Assembly (NCBI GenBank): GCA_963667785.2
Contig: CAXXMU010000006.1
Span: 224,001-288,000, forward strand
Direction: 5' to 3'
Source of the DNA: Alphaproteobacteria bacterium
Lineage (GTDB): Bacteria > Pseudomonadota > Alphaproteobacteria > UBA828
DNA: 64,000 bases
The notes under the pieces are model-generated. The model searched no databases, had not been told where the DNA came from, and saw only the letters and a program-made list of their open reading frames with translations. Positions 58,544 through 64,000 of this stretch are shown here, one piece after another (the stretch's first letter is position 1; each line of letters starts with the position of its first letter). The position numbers were made by a program, and so were the translations under genes.

Positions 58544-60948
58544 AGTTCACCCTCTCCTGGCTGAAGACGCATCTGGAGACGGAGGCGTCGGTGGACGAGA
58601 TCGCGGCGACGCTCACCGCCATCGGCCTCGAGGTGGAGCAGGTGCGGCGGCCGGGCGACGAGCTCGCCGCCTTCACCGTCGCCCACGTCGTCGAGGCGCG
58701 GCCGCATCCGAACGCCGACAAGCTCAGGCTCTGCGTGGTCGATACCGGAGCTGAGCGGGTGGAGGTGGTCTGCGGCGCGCCCAACGCGCGCACCGGCATG
58801 AAGGGCGTCTTCGCACCGCCCGGCACCACCATCCCGGGCACCGGCATGGTCCTCAAGAAGGCGAAGATCAGGGGCGTCGAGAGCTGCGGCATGCTCTGCT
58901 CCGAGAGCGAGATGGGCCTGAGCGACGAGCACGAGGGGATCATCGAGCTCGACCCGGATGCGCCGGTGGGCCAGCCCTTCGCGCAAGTCATGGGGCTCGA
59001 CGACCCGCTCTTCGACATCGCGATCACGCCCAATCGGGGCGATTGCCTCGGCGTGCGCGGCATCGCCCGCGACCTCGCGGCGGCGGGCCTCGGCCACCTT
59101 AGGGAAGCTGGGATCGAGCCGGTCGCCGGCGCCTTCACGAGCCCGATCGGCGTCTCACTCGACTTCCCGGGCGACGGGCCCGCCCCCTGCCCGCTCTTCC
59201 TCGGCCGCCACATACGCGGCGTGCGCAACTGCGAGAGCCCCCGCTGGCTCAAGGAGCGGCTCGCCTCGGTGGGCCTGCGTCCGATCTCGGCGCTGGTCGA
59301 TCTCACCAACTTCCTGACGCTGGACCGCAACCGCCCGGTCCACGTCTTCGACGCCGGCAAGGTGAGCGGCGACATCTGGCTCCGCCTCGGCCAGGGCGGG
59401 GCGCGCTTCGACGCGCTCAACGGCAAGGAATACGTGCTCGACGACGGGATGTGCGCCATCGGCGACGGCAGCGGCGTGATCAGCCTCGCGGGCGTCATGG
59501 GCGGCGAGGCCACCGGCTGCACGATGGAGACGACGGAGGTCTTCATCGAGATCGCGCTCTTCGACCCCGTCCGCACCGCCGCGACGGGCCGGGCCTTCAA
59601 TCTCGAGAGCGACGCCCGCTATCGCTTCGAGCGCGGCGTCGACCCCGCCTTCGCCCGGCCCGGCATGGAGCTGATGACCCGTCTCGTGATCGAGCTCTGC
59701 GGCGGCGAGGCGAGCGAGATCGTCGTCGCCGGCGAGGAGCCCGCGTGGCGGCGCGAGATCGCCTTCCGCCCCTCCCGCGTGCGTGCGCTCGGCGGCGTCG
59801 ACAGCGCAGCGGCGGAATCGGTCGCCGTCCTCAGGGCGCTCGGCTTCGCCTGCGCCGAGCGGGAGGACGACCTGGTCGCGGTCGCGCCGCCCTCCTGGCG
59901 GGGCGATGTGGCGGGCGAGGCGGACCTGGTGGAGGAGGTGCTGCGGATCGCGGGCTTCGACCGGATCCCGGCGGTCTCGCTCGCCCGGCCGGCGGCCGAG
60001 CGGAGCCGCCCGGCGCTCTCGCCGATGCGCCGCCGGCTCGGCGCCGTGCGCCGCACGCTGGCGGCACGCGGCATGTTCGAGGCGGTGACCTGGTCCTTCA
60101 TCCCGCGCGGGCACGCGACCCTCTTCGGCGGCGGCGGGGACGCGCTGGTGCTGGCGAACCCGATCAACGCCGAGCTCGATTCCATGCGCCCCTCGATACT
60201 GCCCAATCTGATCGAGGCCTGCCGGCGCAACGCCGACCGCGGCGCGGGCGATGCGGCGCTCTTCGAGGCGGGACCGGTCTACGCCGGCACGCGACCGGGG
60301 GACCAGAGGACTTCCGTGGCCGGCGTGCGTGCGCTCGCCGCGGTGCCGCGCAACTGGCACGGTCCGGCGCGGCCGGTGGACCCCTTCGACGCCAAGGCCG
60401 ACGCGCTCGCCGCGCTCGGCGCGGCCGGCGTCTCGCTCGCCGGCCTCCAGACCAGGGCGGAAGGCCCGGACTGGTACCACCCCGGCCGGGTCGGCACCCT
60501 TGCGCTGGGGCGCACCGCGCTCGCCTCGTTCGGCGAGCTGCATCCGGGCGTGCTGGCTGCGCTCGGCGCCGAAGGGCCGATGGTGGGCTTCGAGGTCGCC
60601 ATGGACGCGCTCCCCCGGCCGAAGGCGAAGGCCACGCGGGCGCGGCCGACTCTCGTCGCCTCGGACTATCCGGCGGCGGAGCGCGACTTCGCCTTCATCC
60701 TGGGCAGCGACGTCCCGGCCGCGGAGGTGGAGCGCGCCGCCCGCAATGCCGAGAAGGCGCTGATCAAGCGGGTCACGGTGTTCGATCTCTATGCCGGGCC
60801 GGGCATCGGCGCGGACAAGAAGTCGCTGGCGATCACGGTCCGCCTCGAAGCCCCGGATCGCACGCTGACCGATCCGGAAATCGACGCGGCGGCCGCGAAG
60901 ATCGTCGCCAACGTGGCGAAGATCACCGGCGGCGTGCTGCGCGGCTGA
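58540..60948 (+). CDS. pheT: Phenylalanine--tRNA ligase beta subunit
   Basis: [36 protein letters not shown]; GTGA overlap with pheS. Confidence 0.98.
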   Translation: MKFTLSWLKTHLETEASVDEIAATLTAIGLEVEQVRRPGDELAAFTVAHVVEARPHPNADKLRLCVVDTGAERVEVVCGAPNARTGMKGVFAPPGTTIPGTGMVLKKAKIRGVESCGMLCSESEMGLSDEHEGIIELDPDAPVGQPFAQVMGLDDPLFDIAITPNRGDCLGVRGIARDLAAAGLGHLREAGIEPVAGAFTSPIGVSLDFPGDGPAPCPLFLGRHIRGVRNCESPRWLKERLASVGLRPISALVDLTNFLTLDRNRPVHVFDAGKVSGDIWLRLGQGGARFDALNGKEYVLDDGMCAIGDGSGVISLAGVMGGEATGCTMETTEVFIEIALFDPVRTAATGRAFNLESDARYRFERGVDPAFARPGMELMTRLVIELCGGEASEIVVAGEEPAWRREIAFRPSRVRALGGVDSAAAESVAVLRALGFACAEREDDLVAVAPPSWRGDVAGEADLVEEVLRIAGFDRIPAVSLARPAAERSRPALSPMRRRLGAVRRTLAARGMFEAVTWSFIPRGHATLFGGGGDALVLANPINAELDSMRPSILPNLIEACRRNADRGAGDAALFEAGPVYAGTRPGDQRTSVAGVRALAAVPRNWHGPARPVDPFDAKADALAALGAAGVSLAGLQTRAEGPDWYHPGRVGTLALGRTALASFGELHPGVLAALGAEGPMVGFEVAMDALPRPKAKATRARPTLVASDYPAAERDFAFILGSDVPAAEVERAARNAEKALIKRVTVFDLYAGPGIGADKKSLAITVRLEAPDRTLTDPEIDAAAAKIVANVAKITGGVLRG

Positions 60949-60986
60949 CCGCGCGGCGGCGCCGGCGCAGGAGTGGGGCCGCGGCC

Positions 60987-62789
60987 ATGAGCGAGCTGGC
61001 GCGCATCCGCAACGTCGCGATCATCGCCCATATCGACCACGGGAAGTCGACCCTCGCCGACCGGCTGATCGAGCGCTGCGGCGGCCTGCAGAAGCGCGAG
61101 ATGACGAGCCAGGTGCTCGATTCGATGGAGCTCGAGCGCGAGCGCGGGATCACCATCAAGGCGCAGACCGTGCGCCTCGCCCATCGCGGCGCCGACGGGA
61201 CCGAGCACGTGGTCAACCTGGTCGACACGCCCGGCCACGTGGACTTCTCCTACGAGGTCAGCCGCTCGCTCGCGGCCTGCGAGGGCTCGCTGCTGGTGGT
61301 CGACGCCACCCAGGGTGTCGAGGCGCAGACGCTGGCCAACGCCTATCAGGCGGTGGACCACGACCACGAGATCGTGCCCGTGCTCAACAAGATGGACCTG
61401 GCGTCGGCAGAGCCGGAGCGGGTGAAGCGGCAGATCGAGGACGTCATCGGCATCGATGCGGCCGGCGCGCTCGAGATCTCGGCCAAGACCGGGCAGGGGA
61501 TCGAGGCCCTGCTGGACGCGCTCGTCACCCGCCTGCCGGCGCCCGAGGGCGACGAGGACGCGCCGCTCACGGCGCTGCTGGTGGATAGCTGGTACGACCC
61601 CTATCTCGGCGTGGTGATCCTGGTGCGCGTCCTGCACGGCCGGCTCATGCCGCGCATGAAGATCAGGATGATGGCGTCGGGCGCCGAACACGAGGTCGAA
61701 CGGGTGGGCGTGTTCACGCCGAAGAAGACGCTGGTGGAGAGCCTCGGGCCCGGCGAGATCGGCTTCATCACCGCGGCCATCAAGGACGTGGCCGACACCG
61801 AGGTGGGCGACACGATCACCGCGGTGCGTCGGCCGGCGTCGGCGGCGCTGCCTGGCTTCCGCCCCAGCGTGCCCGTGGTCTTCTGCGGCCTCTTCCCGGT
61901 CGATTCGAACGACTACGAGCGGTTGCGCGAGAGCCTCGCCAAGCTCCGCCTCAACGATTCGAGCTTCCACTACGATGCCGAGAGCTCGCCGGCGCTGGGC
62001 TTCGGCTTCCGCTGCGGCTTTCTCGGTCTGCTCCATCTCGAGATCGTGCAGGAGCGGCTGGAGCGCGAGTTCGGCCTCGACCTGGTGGCGACGGCGCCGA
62101 GCGTGGTCTACCGCGTGACGCTGACCGACGGGCAGGAGCTCTCGCTCCACAACCCGGCGGACATGCCCGACCCCACGCGCATCAAGCGCATCGCCGAGCC
62201 CTGGATCCACGCCACCATCCTGGTGCCGGACGACCATCTCGGCGGCGTGCTCGCGCTCTGCGAGGAGAAGCGCGGCATCCAGCTCGACCTGACCTATGCC
62301 GGCAACCGGGCGATGGTGATCTACCGCCTGCCGCTCAACGAGGTCGTGTTCGACTTCTACGACCGGCTGAAGTCGGTCTCGCGCGGCTATGCGAGCTTCG
62401 ACTATCGCCTCGAGGAGTATCTGGAGAGCGACCTGGTCAAGCTCGCCATCATGATCAACGGCGAGCCCGTGGACGCGCTGGCGCTGATCGCCCACCGCAG
62501 CCAGGCGGAGAAGCGCGGCCGGGCGCTCTGCGCCCGCCTCAAGGAGCTGATCCCGCGCCAGCTCTTCAAGATCGCGATCCAGGCGGCGATCGGCGGCAAG
62601 ATCGTGGCGCGCGAGACGGTGAGCCCCCTGCGCAAGGACGTGCTCGCGAAGTGCTACGGTGGCGACGTCTCGCGCAAGCGCAAGCTGCTGGACAAGCAGA
62701 GGAAGGGCAAGAAGCGGATGCGCCAGATCGGCAACGTCGAGATCCCGCAGGAAGCCTTCCTCGCCGCGCTGAAGATGGGCGAATCGTAG
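60987..62789 (+). CDS. lepA: Translation elongation factor 4
   Basis: [36 protein letters not shown]. Confidence 0.98.
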   Translation: MSELARIRNVAIIAHIDHGKSTLADRLIERCGGLQKREMTSQVLDSMELERERGITIKAQTVRLAHRGADGTEHVVNLVDTPGHVDFSYEVSRSLAACEGSLLVVDATQGVEAQTLANAYQAVDHDHEIVPVLNKMDLASAEPERVKRQIEDVIGIDAAGALEISAKTGQGIEALLDALVTRLPAPEGDEDAPLTALLVDSWYDPYLGVVILVRVLHGRLMPRMKIRMMASGAEHEVERVGVFTPKKTLVESLGPGEIGFITAAIKDVADTEVGDTITAVRRPASAALPGFRPSVPVVFCGLFPVDSNDYERLRESLAKLRLNDSSFHYDAESSPALGFGFRCGFLGLLHLEIVQERLEREFGLDLVATAPSVVYRVTLTDGQELSLHNPADMPDPTRIKRIAEPWIHATILVPDDHLGGVLALCEEKRGIQLDLTYAGNRAMVIYRLPLNEVVFDFYDRLKSVSRGYASFDYRLEEYLESDLVKLAIMINGEPVDALALIAHRSQAEKRGRALCARLKELIPRQLFKIAIQAAIGGKIVARETVSPLRKDVLAKCYGGDVSRKRKLLDKQRKGKKRMRQIGNVEIPQEAFLAALKMGES

Positions 62790-62823
62790 GCCCCGTGCCG
62801 ACGCGGGAGTTGTGCGCGACGGC

Positions 62824-63129
62824 TCAATAGCGGTGACGGCGGCGGCGACGCCTCCCGATCAGGAGAAGCAGCACGGCCGGCACCAGGGGAATTGCCCAGG
62901 CGGGGCCGAGCAGCACCGGCAGCACGATGTCGGACCAGAGCCAGGGGGCGATACCCTTCTCGATGAGGGCCTGGAAGCCGACGAGGCTGTTCGCGCCCGC
63001 CCTCGCCCACAGCTCGCCCGCGCTGATCAGGCGGTAGTCGCCGGCGCCCGCCCACGAGTAGACCTCGTGGCCGAACGTGGCGAGCGCCAGCAGCAGCAGC
63101 AACACCCCAACGAGCCGAACGATCACCAT
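62824..63129 (-). CDS. Small membrane protein, hypothetical
   Basis: Two hydrophobic segments, a GELW..SL..Q..IE..PWLW..P pattern, basic tail, GATAGG before the ATG. Confidence 0.65.
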   Translation of the reverse strand: MVIVRLVGVLLLLLALATFGHEVYSWAGAGDYRLISAGELWARAGANSLVGFQALIEKGIAPWLWSDIVLPVLLGPAWAIPLVPAVLLLLIGRRRRRRHRY

Positions 63130-63208
63130 GTACCTATCCTCTGCACAGACAAATATGGTGCCTGGCGTATTGCAGCGCCAGATGTTGTTGCTATTGTTTC
63201 GCCGCCGG

Positions 63209-63296
63209 GGAGGGATGGCCGAGTGGTTTAAGGCGCACGCCTGGAAAGCGTGTTCACCGAGAGGTGTCCGGGGTTCGAATCCCCGTCCCTCCGCCA
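63209..63296 (+). tRNA. tRNA-Ser (GGA)
   Basis: GGAGGGA/TCCCTCC acceptor stem, CACGC-CTGGAAA-GCGTG anticodon arm, long variable arm CACC-GAGA-GGTG, TTCGAAT T loop, G-CCA end. Confidence 0.97.
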
Positions 63297-63333
63297 GCCT
63301 TGCTCCGCGCAGCACCGGCACATGCCGCTAAAC

Positions 63334-63356
63334 CCCCGGATTTCCGGGGCTTTTCT
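63334..63356 (+). terminator. Probable intrinsic terminator after tRNA-Ser
   Basis: CCCCGG-ATTT-CCGGGG followed by CTTTTCT. Confidence 0.55.
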
Positions 63357-63514
63357 CTATGTCGCACACCTGAACGTTCCCGCGAATAATGCGCGGCGCG
63401 CAGGGTCTGTGCCGACCGGCACGGCAATTCAATGAAATCTCGCCATTGCGTGGGGTCAACGAGGCGCGCCTAACAACCGCCGGAAGCCGTGCGGATCGTC
63501 CGAGCTCGTTCCGC

Positions 63515-64000
63515 TCAGTGGCCGAGCTGGATCGCGTCGGGAAGGAAGGTCACGATGTCCGGCACGAAGGTGATGAGCAGCGCGAGGCCCGCCATGATGA
63601 GGAAGAAGGGGAGCGTCGCGCGGGCGATGCGGCCGATCCGCTCGCCGGTCATGCCCTGGATCACAAACAGGTTGAAGCCCACGGGCGGCGTGATCTGGGC
63701 CATCTCCACCACGATCACCAGGAACACGCCGAACCAGATCTTGTCGAAGCCCGCCGCCGTCACCAGCGGCAGCGTGATGGGCAGCGTCATCACGATGCTC
63801 GACATGCCTTCGAGCACGCAGCCGAGGATCGCGTAGAACACCAGCAGCAGCACGATGAGCGCGATGGGCGAGAGGTTCAGCGCGGCGATCTCGCCCGCGA
63901 TCATGCGCGGCACGCCGAGAAAACCCATGGCGATGGAGAGGAAGTAGGCGCCGGCGACGATCAGCCCGATCATGCTGATGGTCCGGACCGCGCCGAGGCT
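63515..64000 (-). CDS. TRAP transporter large permease (DctM), 5' end outside the window
   Basis: MTLPITLP, IWFGVF, EMAQITPPVGFNLFV. Confidence 0.92.
   Translation of the reverse strand, partial: SLGAVRTISMIGLIVAGAYFLSIAMGFLGVPRMIAGEIAALNLSPIALIVLLLVFYAILGCVLEGMSSIVMTLPITLPLVTAAGFDKIWFGVFLVIVVEMAQITPPVGFNLFVIQGMTGERIGRIARATLPFFLIMAGLALLITFVPDIVTFLPDAIQLGH

Noticed and set aside
59451-62789. 1112-aa LepA fusion
   Set aside because: The upstream part is an off-frame overlap with pheT; LepA starts at 60987.

Overview
High-GC alphaproteobacterial chromosome segment (Rhodospirillales-like gene order). It is mostly housekeeping: alaS-recA, tRNA-Ile2, gor, class II DAHP synthase, pncB-nadE-cysS-trmJ-rpsD, purC-S-Q-L-bolA-grxD, yqeY-dnaG-rpoD, carAB-greA, thrS-infC-rpmI-rplT-pheST-lepA and tRNA-Ser. 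Two accessory blocks interrupt it. The first (~20-35 kb) holds a ComDE-like decarboxylase, two TbpB-like surface lipoproteins, stand-alone molybdoenzymes, a serine hydrolase, an amidase and irr-rubrerythrin. The second (45.3-53.9 kb) is a compact cobalamin-dependent demethylation system (non-pyrrolysine MttB, corrinoid protein, DUF1638, pterin-binding methyltransferase, RamA/RACo-type activator) with a GlxA/GATR regulator, candidate TGTCG operators and an adjacent acuI. Four families of short palindromic intergenic repeats are visible. One is a CTAG-bounded, structurally covarying element whose three copies each supply the TAG stop of the neighbouring gene. Another forms an inverted pair bracketing tRNA-Ile2. 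No CRISPR array, rRNA, transposase or integrase was seen. All calls come from motif recognition by eye, with no database searches. Start codons were adjusted by hand where the ORF track over-extends.
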